The notes beneath the pieces were generated by a model, which saw only the letters and a program-made list of their open reading frames with translations, was not told the DNA's origin and made no database searches. A stretch of 64,000 bases of DNA from the human T2T-CHM13v2.0 reference genome, Homo sapiens. The DNA is taken from assembly GCF_009914755.1 (NCBI RefSeq), contig NC_060930.1; one strand, written 5' to 3'. The stretch's first letter is position 1. Each line of letters begins with the position of its first letter. Below, one piece after another: positions 40,646-56,165 of the stretch. The translations under genes were made by a program, and so were the position numbers.

Positions 40646-43499
40646 GAGTGATATGCAGTTATTTTGCTTAAAGTTTGGCTAATTTAGTAAGAGCAAGAGA
40701 GAATTTCTGAGATTCTTGGATGAAGTAATAAATACAATGTTTAAAAAAATTTCAGTGGACAGAGAGCCTGAGGGGTGAGGCTGCTCAGGGAACAGGTGAG
40801 CAGGCAGCTGCAGCCCTCCAGGTTCGGCCACAGGAACCTGGTACTGGGTGACGAGTGTTAGCTTGGTTGGCTTGATATTGCTGTGGAAGAAAGGGTAATT
40901 CTTGGTGATACATTGAATGGCCAGCTAGTGCGGAGGAAGAGATTGGAAATAATTCACGGCTGTGAGCCCTTGGTCTTTCAGTTCTAATTCTGTGTGCAAG
41001 ACCTCTGGCAGGCCTTGCTGTTTAATTAAACAAATATGGTCCTTATTTTTAAGACATTCTGATCTGTCTGAATTGAATTCTAGAACGGGAAGTAAGAAGA
41101 CAAGTACACCGAGCCTATGATGGTCATGTGTTCCTGTCACTCTGGACTTGTGGTTCCCAGCTCTGCTACACAACGGAAATCTCTGGAGAATCTCTAGACA
41201 TCCTGGTGCCCAGACCACAGCCCAGAACCATTCAGTCAGGATCACTGGGGTGGGTCCAGGTGATTCTGAGGCATGGCCATGGCTGAAACTCACTGCTTTT
41301 GTCTCTCTAGTACAAGGACTGGCAGGGCAAGAGCTGGGGGCCCGTGGGCACGTGGCTGCTGATGAGATCTGGGCTCTGATGTTTCTGCTGCACTGTTGAA
41401 ATGCAGCCTGGGCCAGGATTGTGAACGCTGCCGGTGGTAGGGAGCATGGAGTCTGAGCCATCTCCCACCCAGGATGGTCTCTGAGCCCCTCACACACTTG
41501 CATGCAGTAATGACAGGGGGTGGGTGGGGTGGGGCCTGGGAAGAAATGCTACAGAATAGGGGGGAGAGCACGCTCTGCCCCAAGACATAGCTCCTTACAT
41601 GCACAGACCTCAACACAAAAGGCACCATTTCAAACTCATTCACTTTATGGGCCCCAGTTAAGTGATGAAGCTCTGTCTGTATTGGGGTTTTGATTACCGT
41701 GGGCTCCCAGAAAGGAGGGCACACTACAGATGTACCATTAAGAAAAAGCAAAATCACACCTCATGGTGTTGGGCCAGCTCTCACCACAGAGGCCACTTCC
41801 CTGTTAATAATTCCTTGGTGCTTGGGAGTTGATAAGGGACTTTAATGGAGATTATCTGGGAAAGGATCAGAGCCTGGGCAAGGGTGGAATCTGTACATGA
41901 CAGACAGTGAGAGGGAGGCTTGGGGAGGTGACCTGCCCAGTGTCACGCAGAGCAGAGATGGCCTTGGAATTTCCGCCTTTTCCCTCCCAGCTCGGGGCTC
42001 TTTCTCTTTCCCTGGGAGGGTTTCTGAACACAGAAGAGAGCTGGAGGGTTTCTCTGAGTGGGGCTGGAGGGCTGGGAGAGGCAGGACCTCTTCCTAACAC
42101 CTCTTGGAGAAGACAGACTTGTGGTTATGGGGGTCGCACCATGGTTCCTTTCCAGATGGGAATACTTCCAAACTCAGGGATTAAGCAAGATTAAAAACAA
42201 AAAGGCCCTCTAGAAAGGGGTTAACCTCATTTCCTCAGACATAAAAACTGTCCTTGGCAGTTGGAAACAGCAGAGTTGACTCCACGGATGACTGATGCCC
42301 CTTACAGGTGTTATATACCTGTCCACGCCTGCCCCTGGCAGGGATTTAAACATTCCATGCTGTTCCATGAATCCTAAATCAAATAGATTCATCCTGGCCC
42401 TTGGTGAAGCCTAAGAGCTGGCGAGGCTTATGTTAAATTGCCCTCTCTGGGCTCCTGCTCCTGAGCTGACAGTCACAAATTCCCCTTAATGAGCACTCCT
42501 GAAGTAACCAAGGCAGCGCTGTGAGCTAAATTAAGATTCGAGAGCCCAGGCAGGGAGAGGGAGGTGTTTGCTTTGGCTGAGAAGGTGCCTGGGCCCCGGC
42601 CTGTGTGTTTGCCTGGGTGCCCTGATAAGTGGGCTGCATATTAAGTGCCACATGGTGGGACCAGAACCATCTGCTGTATGTCTGAGAGGTCACGCCTGCT
42701 GGCCCTTTGGGACCTGGTGGCAGAGGGACCCCGTGTCAACCTGTCTTTGGCTTCCTTTGTGGCCCCGTGGTCACTGAAAAGCCAGAATGAATATTCTTCC
42801 TTTCGGAATAAAAATTGAGCTGTGGAAGTTTTGTTTGCTTTGATGAATTACTTCCAGGCTGCTGTTTATTTGGAGAGCAAAGCTCCCCAGCTGCAGGGTG
42901 GGTAGAGGCTGCGGTCACTCCCCTCGTCAATGCTGGTTCCTGTTCCTGAGGCCGAGAGAACTCCTGACAGCAGAGTGGGCATATCTTGGTAGTTGCAGCT
43001 TCTCAAGACAGTGTGGCCCAGTGGGGAGAGAGCAGAAAACCTGGGTTATGCTGGCTCTGCCATTTATCAGCTGTGTAACCTTGGGCAAGTGATACAACCT
43101 CTGTGTGCCTCAGTTTCCTTTCCTCACCTGTCCACAGGGGATCATAATCTTGGCCCTGCATGCCTTACAGGAGCGTTAAGAGCATCAAATGAAACAATAA
43201 AAATGAAAACATTTATAAATGGTAGTTTGCCATACATATTTTAATAAAAGTGCCTGCCCTTCAATCCAGCTCTCTGCACTGCCTGGGGACAGTGTTAGCA
43301 GGAGGACACCACTCTGACAGGGACCTGGACTTCTGCCTCTTCTGTTTGGAGAGAGTTAGATGATCACATCTCTTATATGTACAAAAGCTTAGTGAATGTA
43401 ACTTAAAGATATTGCTTGCTTGTAGGCTTCTTGAGGGGAGGAATGATGGTTGGTTTCTATGGATTTGTTACAGGGGAAGGGATATCTCAGCTCAAAGGA

Positions 43500-45085
43500 T
43501 ATCCTGCGTATCCAAGCCTTCCTCCACTTGTGCCCCGCACACTGTCCCCTCTACTTTCTCAAGGAAGTTTTTCCTGCAGCTCTGCTCCCCTCTCCCACCA
43601 CAGCATCAGTTTCCCTCTCTATGCATGTTTCAGCACGTGAGCATGTCTTAAAGCATCCCTCTGGGCTCCTGCTTCCCTTTAGCTCCAGCCCAGTTCTCTG
43701 CTCCTGTCACTGCTCAACCCCCTGGAGGGGTTGTATCTGCTCACTGCCTCAGCCTCTTTCCCTTCCACCCTCTCCCCAGCCACTCCCAGTCCCCTGGCTA
43801 AATGGTGCTTGTCCATGATCACCCTGACATGCAAAATGGCCAGTGGTCCACATTCCATCCTGCCACACTCTACTGGCCCGTCTCCCCTTGGAGCTTGTGC
43901 TTCTCCAGCTTGTGCTTCTCCAGCTTGTGCCTGAGGCCATACCCACTTATCTGCTGTTCCTTTTCGCACCCTGGCAGTGCCTTCTCAGCATCTCTGCTTC
44001 CTCTCTCTCCGCAACTGTTGGAGAACCCCAGGGGGCTGTTCTCAGCAATTTGAATACCTCCATCTCTGGTCTTCAGAGGACATTGTACTCAGTCCTGTGG
44101 CTTCAGACACCAACCAGACATGATGACTTGCATATTTCTTTTTCTAGCTTAGACTTTCTCTCTGAGCTCCACTGATGCTCACCTGTCTACTCGACACCTC
44201 CTCTTGGACATCAAATGTCATCTGAAACTTCAAAAAGGGCAGCCAGAACTCTCCATCCCTCCAGCTCCTTGCCTCTGATGGTCATGCCTCCCTGCCTTTC
44301 TCATTTCAGTAAATGGCACTGCCATTCTCTTCGCTGCTCAGATCAAAAGCCCAGGAGGTGCCCTGACTCTCCTCTTTCTCTTGCATCTCATATTTGGTCT
44401 ACTGGTGAGTCCAAGCCACAATCATCCCTTGCTGGCACTTTCATGGTAGCCTGGTAACTGGTCTACCCTTGGCCCCTACAATCTACACTACATGTGACAG
44501 ACAAAGTGAGCTTTTTAAAGCATCAATCACATCATATCACTCCATGGTTAAAATTATTCAGTGGGCTTCCACTCTATCCAGAATAAAATCCAAATCTCTT
44601 TCCCCTGTGCATAAGGCTGGTGTGACTTGGCCCTTGTGCTCTTGCTCCCTGCCCTCCAGCCACTCTAGCCTCCTTCCCACCCTGTGGCCAAGCAAAGCTT
44701 CCCCTTCAGGCTTCTCGCTTTCCGCTCTGTCTGCTAGGACTGTGCATTCCCAGAACGCGGCGTAGCTGCTCCATTCTCATGATGCAGCTGTCAGTTTAAA
44801 GTTATCTTCTCCAGCAAGGCCTCCCCAACCTACCCAGCTAAAAGCAGTCTTCCCAGTTACTGTCTACAACATTACATAGTTTAGCTATTTCATAGCACTT
44901 ATTATCCCCTCAAACAATCTTACGTATTTGTCGACGTGTTCATTGTCTGTCTCCTTCCTCCCCCTAGAATGTCAGTTTCTCACGTGCTGGGTTCTGTCTT
45001 GTTCTCTGCTGTAGCACCAGCACTAGTAGTAGTGCCTGGCATAAGAAGGCACCCAACATATACAGTGTTTGCTGACTGATTGGCT
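43500..45085. mobile_element. Ancient L2 LINE fragment(s)
   Basis: L2-type motifs (agactttctctctgagctcc...cacctgtctactcgacacctcc; ctagaatgtcag...gtgcctggcata). Confidence 0.6.
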
Positions 45086-45163
45086 GTTCATTGCTGTTCA
45101 GTGCCTGATACCTATCATCAGAGTATTTGGGGCATAGATGGGGACTTGGAGATCACTGAATCC

Positions 45164-45205
<42 letters not shown>

Positions 45206-46274
45206 CAAGGAAACTGAGAATGAGACAAGATCACAGCAGAGGTGGGGCTGTCTCAGGCTTAAGAAAGGACCTGACAGTGTTGCTGAGGCTGCTGGTCCTG
45301 GTGGTGAAGAGAGGATAGTAAATAAGCAGGCTGGCGGCCAAGCAAGGCGAGTACAGGACCAAGGCCGGCTCTCAGTTGCGGCGCTCCATCCATGCACAAA
45401 CCTCTTCCTGCCCAAACTGCACACAGCTGGTGGAGAAGCTGAGTGCAGGCGCCACAGGGCAGGCATCAGTCATTATACATCGAATCTGCCAGCCCATACC
45501 ATCACGGTGGGGGCGCCTTTCTGGCAATGTGAAGGCAATGTTAAGCCTGCCTAGTAGCCTTTGGGTTATGGGGAGGAGGCTAAGACAAAATGCAGGCCTG
45601 GGGTAAGGGGCCCTGGGGCTTGCCCTGTGGGTGTGTTGGGGATGGAAGGCAGAAAGAGAAAAGGCCCAGCCACAGCAGATGGGAGATGGGCAGCTGCCAA
45701 GAGGACGGGGCTGGGGGTGGAGGGGGCAGTGATGCAGACCAAGAAGAGCCTTCTTCTCTTCCTGTTGTCTGACACGCCACTCTTACTTCCTCTGTGATTG
45801 TTATGGTGTCCTCGGGCCTGGGCCTTCAAGCAGTGTTTACACTCACAGCTCTTTGGCAAGAACCACACTCTGATAGGGGAGTGAGACTTTAAGCCAGGGG
45901 TTCAACGAGTTACCAAAACATCACTCAGCCCCTTCCTGTTTGTAGAAGCCTGAGCAGAGGAGACAGCTGACTTTGGGAACAGAGAACAAAGGAGCTGAAG
46001 ATCTGGAAGAGACAGAGAGCAAGCTCTGCCAAGAGGGACAGGAGCACCTGGGCCGCCCACCCACTTGGGCCTGTCTTGGTGTTTCTGATGCTGCCCCTTG
46101 AGGCTTTCTCGAGAAGGAATCAGAGGCTGGGCACATGTGAGTGACAGGCAGGCCAGTCCTGTGGCTTCAGGAATATGCAGGAAACTCCCTACTCCCCTCC
46201 CACCTCACTGTGTGCTCCCCACAAGTGTTGGTGACCTGCTGCCCAGGAGGAGCCACCGAGGGAGGTGCACTTAC

Positions 46275-46381
46275 ATTGCTTCTGCAGAATGCTCTGTCTG
46301 GCCTTGATGAAGGCGATGATGTCCGAGTCCGTCTGGCTGTCTCCGGTGAGAGGGATGGACGACACTGGCCTCTTGGGGATG
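46275..46381 (-). CDS. KIF6: KIF6 penultimate coding exon, 107 bp
   Basis: ctccag|C ATC CCC; SIPKRPVSSIPLTGDSQTDSDIIAFIKARQSILQKQ; donor GTAAGT. Confidence 0.95.
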
Positions 46382-46597
46382 CTGGAGGCAACCACGTGTC
46401 ACATTTTACTACACTTTACAACTGGACTCACCACTTATATTTCCAAAATGCTTTTCCATTTTAGGTGACTGATCTCACTCAGAAAGCTACATGACACGGC
46501 TGGCCTGCTTCTCACTCCCTCCTACCTTCTCTGTGTGGCAGCCACACTAAGCCTCTTGTCATGCAAATTGGGTCAAGTCATTCCCTGCCATAGACCC

Positions 46598-46951
46598 TGA
46601 TATGGTTTGGCTGTGTCCTCACCCAAATCTCATCTTGAACTGTAGCTCCCATAATTTCCACGTGTTGTGGGAGGGACCAGGTGGGAGATAACTGAATCAT
46701 GGGGACGGTTTCCTCCATACTGTTCTCGTGGTAGTGAATAAGTCTCATGAGATCTGATGTTTTCATACGAGGTTTCCCCTCTCACTTGGCTTTCATTCTG
46801 TCTTGGCTGCCACCATGTAAGACGTGCCTTTCACCATGATTGTGAGGCCTCCCCAGTGACATGAACTGTGAGTCCATTAAATCTCTTTTTCTTTATAAAT
46901 TACCCAGTCTCAGGTATGTCTTTATCAGAAGTGTGAAAACAGACTAATACA
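46598..46951 (+). mobile_element. THE1-family (ERVL-MaLR) solo LTR with 5-bp TSD GACCC
   Basis: Begins TGATATGGTTTGGCTGTGTCC, ends GACTAATACA; gaccc at 46593-46597 and 46952-46956. Confidence 0.92.
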
Positions 46952-48266
46952 GACCCTTTAGTGGCTTTTCACCACTCATGGAATAAAACTTAAACTCTGT
47001 CCCATGACCTACCAGGCTGTGTATGATATGACCCCGGGTCAGGGGCTCCAGCTGCCCCCTTTTCTTTCAGTGACTTGCATTTACCAAGCCACTTCCAGCC
47101 TCAGGGCCTTTGCTCTGATGCTTCCTCTCCCTGGACTGCCCTCCCCACCACCCGTCACATGGCGGCTGTGCTTTCTCTCGCTGCCTTCTCTATCCTCTTA
47201 CCACCACCACTCTTGTCCTCCCATCCCTGATTTACCCAAACCAGCACCCCTTAACCTGGGGCCCATCAACTTCTGTGCCCAGCTTAGATGTCATATCATT
47301 CAGTGCTGTGTCCTCAGAGCACCCTCATTCCCCACGTGGCTTAGCTAGTTGACCTCAAGGCAGAGATTACTGTTCTCCTGTCTCTCCTTAAAAACAGAAC
47401 CATATTTAGTTAAGTTGCCACAACTAAAAAAAACTACCTTTCCCAGACTCCTTTGCTGCGACGTGTGGCCGGGTGACCAGGTGCTGGCCAATGAGATTTG
47501 TAAGTAGAAGTGTTGTGTGGGAATCTCCTTGGAAAGGGAGGGCTGTGTGTGCCCTCCCCCATCCCCTTTTCCATCCAGCTTCTCCATATAGCATTCCCCT
47601 TCAGCAAACTCAGAGCAGTACACTTGCCTGGCCTTGCCAACTTTCCGTCCATCCTCACCCCTGTGCCTCTGCACAGCAGGAGGTGGTAGCCACTTCCTTA
47701 GAAGGCAGTAAGGACGGTATGTAACAAGGGGCTGGCCATTCCCGCAGGTAGTTTGGGTGTTGGCTTTCCCGCTGCAGGCCAGCCGGAAGCACTAAAGCAG
47801 AGTCCAGGCAGGCAGGGCAGAGGCTGTGCTGGTGAAAGAGGCTGAGCAGCCATTCTAGCCGGAGGATACAAATGCCCATGGTGCTGATCAACTCTGGTAA
47901 GCCTGGAAGCAAATGCTGCTGGGTCTTCAGGCCAGGCTTGTCAGCTCCCTGCTCTGCTCTGTGGTGGGGCTGCCCTGGGCTGGCTCTTTCCCTTTCTGGC
48001 CCCCAGGTACGTCTATTCACAAGAAGATATGAAACAACTCTGCCCAACACAGGGCCCTGGTGACTGTGGGAGAAAACCTCCCCGCTTTGAGTTGGCCTGT
48101 GTGAGAGATTCCAGGGAATTCCCAGGGGACCAGGGCAGAGGCCAGACCTGGGTTCTGTCTGTGTGGCTACTGGACGAGGGGCTTTTTCGGGGAGTAGACT
48201 GGAGATGGAGGCCCACTCCGCCCACTGCAGGGGCTGTCACAGGCATAACAGGAGAAGACCACAGAC

Positions 48267-48356
48267 CTGTCTTCCAGTGGGGTGCTGGTGCTGCTCTGTT
48301 TCTGGCTGTGTGGACTGGGGCAAGGCGAGGGCAGGATTTTCCTGGCATTCACATCA
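48267..48356 (-). CDS. KIF6: KIF6 coding exon, 90 bp
   Basis: ttttgcag|T GAT GTG; DVNARKILPSPCPSPHSQKQSSTSTPLED; donor GTCTGT. Confidence 0.92.
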
Positions 48357-48617
48357 CTGCAAAACACAAACAAACAAAAGCAAAAGGAATGGGGGCAAAT
48401 TTATAGAAGAGAAATTCAGGGTTTATATCTAGGAGCTGTTATGGACTGAATGTGTCCTCTCAAAATCCCTATGTGGACACCCTAATTCCCAGTGTGATGG
48501 CATTGGGCAGTGGGGCCTTTGGGAGGTGAATAGATTTAGATGAGGTCCTGAGGGTAGGGCCCCCGCACTGGGATTAGTGTCCTTATAGGTATAAGAGGAG
48601 GATGAGAAACTACAGTG

Positions 48618-48650
<33 letters not shown>

Positions 48651-48676
48651 TCCCTCCCCCCCTCCCTCCCTCTCCC

Positions 48677-48724
<48 letters not shown>
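48618..48724. repeat. (CT)n microsatellite within an MLT1A-type LTR
   Basis: ctctct/ccct runs. Confidence 0.9.
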
Positions 48725-49030
48725 CTATGTGAGCACACAATAAGAAGGAGGTGCCAGCAAGCGAGGAAGGAAGCCCTCAGCAGGAACTAAATCTGCTGTG
48801 CTACGGACTGGAGGTTTGTGTCCCTGAAAAGTCATGTGTTGAACCTAATCTCCAATGTAATGGTAGTAGAGGTGGGGCCTTTGGGTGGTGATTAAGTCAT
48901 GAAGGTAGAACTCTCATGAATGGGATTAGAGTCCTTATAAAAGAGACATTGGAGAGCTCCCTTGCCCCTTCCACCATGTGAGGATGCGTCGAGAAGACAG
49001 CTGTCTATGAACCGGGAAGGGGGTCCTCAC

Positions 49031-49081
49031 CAGACATCGAATCTGCCAGTGCCTTGATCTTGGACTTCCCAGCCTCCAGAA
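49031..49081 (-). CDS. KIF6: KIF6 51-bp in-frame cassette exon inside an antisense MaLR LTR
   Basis: tttttcacag|T TCT GGA GGC TGG GAA GTC CAA GAT CAA GGC ACT GGC AGA TTC GAT GTC TG|gtgagg = (S)[16 protein letters not shown](C); phase 2 at both ends; matches the recalled KIF6 tail. Confidence 0.85.
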
Positions 49082-49109
49082 CTGTGAAAAATAAACGTTT
49101 GTTGTTTGA

Positions 49110-49510
<401 letters not shown>

Positions 49511-52176
49511 TAATTTTCATTGTTAGAGCATGCATCTGTTGGCTGTAGCAGCTGAACAACAAACGATGGCCACAACTGTCATTGATAGACACGCCAGGCT
49601 TCGTGAAAGTGCTCTGCAAATATCATGCCATTTAATCCTCTCAATGACCTAAGAGGTAGATGTCATCGTCTCCATTTTATACATGAGAAAACTGAGGCTT
49701 AGACAGATTAAAGAAATTCTAAAGTTATCCAGCTGGTAAGTGGCAGAATCGGGAGCTACTCAGGATTCTTTGAGGCTTCAGAACCTGTGCTCTCAGCCAC
49801 AATGCCTTCTAACTGGGCTTGACTCTGTGGCATTCTAGGAACACACGCTGGCCTACCCCTGACCACACTGCCTGCCCCTGGGACCTAGCTTCATGCTGAG
49901 AGAGGAGTCAGATCCAACAGCTCATTAGATGCAGCTGTGCCTGCTCACCTAGGCTGCTGACATGTGCGCCTTGCCTTGGATTCCTGGCCAAGTGCAGTGG
50001 AACCCAGAAGCTCCTCTTGGGAGGTGAAGAGGCGCGTGGACACGGCTGGTTGGAGGCCAGTGTATTCCACATGCCTGTGGTTACAAGGTCCTTACTCTAA
50101 GTTGTGCTGTAAGGAGATCTTCCTCGCTTCCTGCCTGGAGACAACCTCAGAGCTGGAAGAGGCCTAAGAAGTCACCTGGGTACAACCCTCCTTTTACACT
50201 CTGGGGACACTTGGGCTGAGAGGCAGGCTAGGGTTAGAGACAGGTGAGCCGGCTCCGCGGAGTCTGCATCTTCAGTCCAAGGTACTCTACAGACCTGACA
50301 AACTGCGTGTCTCACTCATGAGTATGGCCCCTTCCCCGGCTCTGGCCTTCCGCCTTCCGATCTCAGCCAATGGCAAGGCTGCTTCCATAGGTCACGACTG
50401 TGGTCAAACAAGCAAGAAAAGACACCAGAGCCTGGGGAAGCCCCCCCTCACCCACCAATGTCCATTTCCTAGCAGTGGAGAGACTTTCCACGAGGTGCCC
50501 TTCATGGTGGGAAAGCAGAGATCCCTGTGCTGGGTCTAGTGAGGACCGATGTAGGACCAGAGGTAGCCACAAGGTGGCAGGCTCTGCACGCTTTTCTTCA
50601 GAGAACAGTAACCAATTCTCAAGGCTCCTGCTGAGTGGTTCCTGGTGCAGCCTGGAGAAGGGAAGGAGAAAGGGCTTTCCATCCTGCAAGTGCTTTCATG
50701 ACAACGGGTCAAGGTCAGTTTGGAAGCTGTAGCAAATTTGCAAGACCAAGGCACTGGCACAAAAATGGCTCATTCACTCAATGGCTTCCCAGTGGAGCCT
50801 TGGCTCAGGTTCCAGGGAGAGTTCACAGGTGCCAAACTATTGAAAGGTGGGAGGGGGTGGAAGAGGATGGAGAGATGGATGGGGCAGGGTAGAAGGGCAC
50901 GATCACACCGTGGCCAATAGGGGCATCTAGTACTCTTTGCGGAGGCCCAGCTGCCCCACCTCATGCAGGAGGGCAGTGCAATGGAAGGCTGGGGGCTCTC
51001 GAGGGAAATGACTCCTCAAACCTGTAAGCTGCTCAAGCATCCTGTTCCTGGATGCCACAGCTTGGTTTCTGTAATTCTGGGGATGATGCCATAAATGACC
51101 TCTGCCCTCTCCCTTTGCCCAACCAGCCTTTGACACCGAATTAATTTCTCATGTTGACGCCCCTCTGGAGAGAGAACATACCAGCCATCAGAATGAAGTA
51201 TCTTCCTTAATAAGGATTAATAAGCCATATTAATAGTAATTAGGCCTTCTGGGTTGCCAATCAGAGTGTTTAGTGGGATCAGCTTCCAGGACCTGAGCAT
51301 CCCTGGGGAAGTGATGAATCAGGTTTCTTTCAGAACCTGATGAGCAGAAGACCAGCGCCCCGCTACCCCCAGTTCCCCACCTGCGGCAATTCTCAGGAGC
51401 AGCCGCTCTGGAGCTCGGGCAGCAACAGCCGCTGGGCCCTCGCTCTCTCACCCTGGCGGCTCTGACCGGGCACTGACCGGGCAACATTTATCTGCTCACA
51501 GAGTGACCGTGTCGGAGGGACCTTTGCACATCTTACAGATGAGGCAAGGGAATCCCAAAGTGGGGAGCTGGCTTGCCCGAGGGTGTGCTGTCGGAGGGGC
51601 CATGACTGGGATTCATGTGATTCAAATCTCAATAAAGGGGACTTGTTGGAGGTGGTCAATAATGACGTGACACACACCTTTGAAGTCCAGGGTTCTCGAC
51701 TGCAGGGTTAAAGGTCTCTAGGCAAGCACATCCAGGAATCATCTTAAGTTGGAATACCTAAGGAATCTCCAGGAATGCCCAAGGCCAAGACAAGGTGGAA
51801 GGAGCACTATTCTGATGGGTGGCACAGCAGACAGTCCCTGGAGGCCTTGCCCAGGGGCTACTCCTTAGACCTATTCCACCATGGACTCTCTCGGAGATGC
51901 CGGCGGATAAAGGCTGGCAGCGGCATGATCAACAAACAAGCAGTAAAGAGGCAGCCCTGGCTGCAAGGGAGTATGACAAAGGGAATGAGGCAGAGAGGAG
52001 GAAGAAAAGGAGAAGGGGGATGTAAGGCAGGAATAGAGATAGGCAGAGCTGACAGTGGAGGGAGGGATGGGAGAAGAGGCGAGTGGAGGAGGGAAGGAGG
52101 CAGGCAGAGGGCAGGGGGAGCAGTGGGTGGAAGGAAGAAAAGGCACTTGCCATGGAGTGTGAAGGTCTAGGTTTAA

Positions 52177-52492
<316 letters not shown>

Positions 52493-53769
52493 TAATTTGT
52501 GGCTCTTTGTGTTATTAACTACAGAGTTAAAGCATCTCATTCCCTTTCGGGGCCTCAGTGTCCTCATTTACAGAATGGGGAGGCTGAACTCTGGGTTTCT
52601 CAGCTGAAATGGCAAGGGCCAGTCACAGGGAATTCTGGGTTTCCACACCTTAGAAGGTTGGCCTTTTAAGGAAACACAGCTTTACCCTTTAAAAATCCTG
52701 GCCTCTTGGGAAAATCAGACGGTGTGGACACATTGGAAGAGCGGATACCCCAGGCAGGAGGATCTGGTGGTGGGAAGCACATAAAGAAAGCGCCTTGTAC
52801 AAAATATTACAAAATGTGGGCTGGTAAATGCCAACACCTACTAGATAACATTATGGACATGTGTCCCTAAAAGGCAGTCATTGATCCTAAACACAACTGC
52901 TGTGAGGAATGAGGGGAGTGCACGACTCCGACAGGCCTGGGTTTGAGTTCACCACTGATTAGCTGGTGACCCTGGGCAAGCTACTTCATCTCTCTGAGCC
53001 TGAATTTTTTCACCTGTAAAGTGGGGGACCATGATAGTAGGCACAGTGCTCATGTATTTTGCACCTGGCCCAGGAGGGCCCTCTACAAAGGCTACGAGAT
53101 ATTATTGCCGTCAGAGGAGAAGGCCAGTGCTGTCTCCCTTGGGAACGTGGGAATGCCAACAGCGAATCCTTCACGTGAGATGTTCACAGGGAATGTCTGA
53201 GACGCCATGATGGCCTGAGACAGGGTTCCCTACCTGGCTTACCGTGGCAGAGTTCTGTAGGCCCGTTACTACCAGCATCTAAAGCAAGTGGCAAGGATTT
53301 CTTTGTCAGAGGTGGAGCCCCTAGAGCTCTTCCTTTCCAGTCTCTGGCGGGGTTACTTTTCCTCTCACCTGCCTAGTGTGACCGTCCCATCCAGGAATGC
53401 TGGCACTCCAACAACTGTTGGAGGAGGAAATATGGGGCAGCCAGCCACTCAAGTTGAGGTGTTTTAACAAACACTGTTCAGGACACTCAGTGATCTCTGC
53501 CCAGGAATTAGAGCATCCAACCAGCTCGCCGGCAGCAACCACAGGGGACAGGGCTGAACAGCGCTCTAGGGCTGGCTGAGAGCCATCTTCCCCAAGACCC
53601 TTCTGCCAGCAGTCACCGAAGGGGCTTGGGGTGGGGGTGGGGACTCTGGGAGCAGGATTTTTGGAAAAGCTCCTGTGGGTGATCTGATGCACACCTTTCA
53701 AATTCAAGGTTCTGAACACTAGGATTAAACTTTTTTTTTTTTTTTTTTTTTTGCAAGCACAGTGTATTT

Positions 53770-54103
53770 CTTTTCTTTCTTTTTTTTTTCTCTTTTTCAG
53801 ACAGGGTCTCGCTCTGTCACCCAGACTAGAGTGCAGTGGTGCAGATCTTGGCTCACTACAGCCTTGACCTTCTGGGCTCAAAAGATCCTACCATCTCAGC
53901 CTCCTGAGTAGCTGCGACTACAGGCATGTGCCACCACGCCCGGCTATGGATTTGTGGGGAGGTAAGGATATTTTCATATTTTGTTGTAGAGACGGGGTTT
54001 CACCTTGTTGCCCAGGCTGGTGTTGAACTCCTGGCTCAAGCGATCCACCGGCTTTAGCCTCCCAAAGTACTGGGATTACAGGCATGAACCACTGTCCCTG
54101 GGC
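53770..54103 (-). mobile_element. Alu (AluJ-like)
   Basis: Diverged Alu consensus; TSD gcaagca(c/t)agtgtatttct. Confidence 0.9.
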
Positions 54104-54654
54104 AAGCATAGTGTATTTCTACCTTGCATCTGTCGGGCCCCTTGCTGACACACCTGCCCCTCTCTCTCTCTCTCACACACACACACATGCACATGTACAC
54201 ACTTCAATGTCTTTGAAGCCAAAGGAAAAATGAGAGACAGGGCTTTCTACTCGCTGAGCAGGATATTGCTACCAGTAGAAGCTACCCAAGAGATCAGAAA
54301 AGAGGGTAGAGAAATAGCCAGGGGTTCTGAGCCTCACAGCTGAAAGGAGAGCTTATTCTCATGGGGCAGATACACAAGGGCTCAGCACAGAGCCAGAGCA
54401 ATGATTGAGGAAGCTGAATCCTCCTCGTTGTGTTTTTCAGATGTGCTGTGTGGAGTCCTGGAGTTTCAGCGAGAGGGCTCCGTGTGTGGAAGGTCCAGGT
54501 ATACAGGGGTTGGAATTCAAATTTACTGGCCTCTAGAGGTTGGCAGGTGCCCAGGTGAATGCATGGAGTGGGCCAGGTGCAGGGCACAAATGCTAAGCTG
54601 CCTGCATTGCCATGGCATAGTGCAGCTGCCTAGTTATTCTGCTTCTGCAGTTTT

Positions 54655-56165
<1,511 letters not shown>

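Noticed and set aside
45166-45202. Isolated long poly-T run as a possible processed-pseudogene tail
   Set aside because: No adjacent spliced-mRNA-like body or TSD; it sits in MIR-like sequence and is treated as a simple homopolymer.
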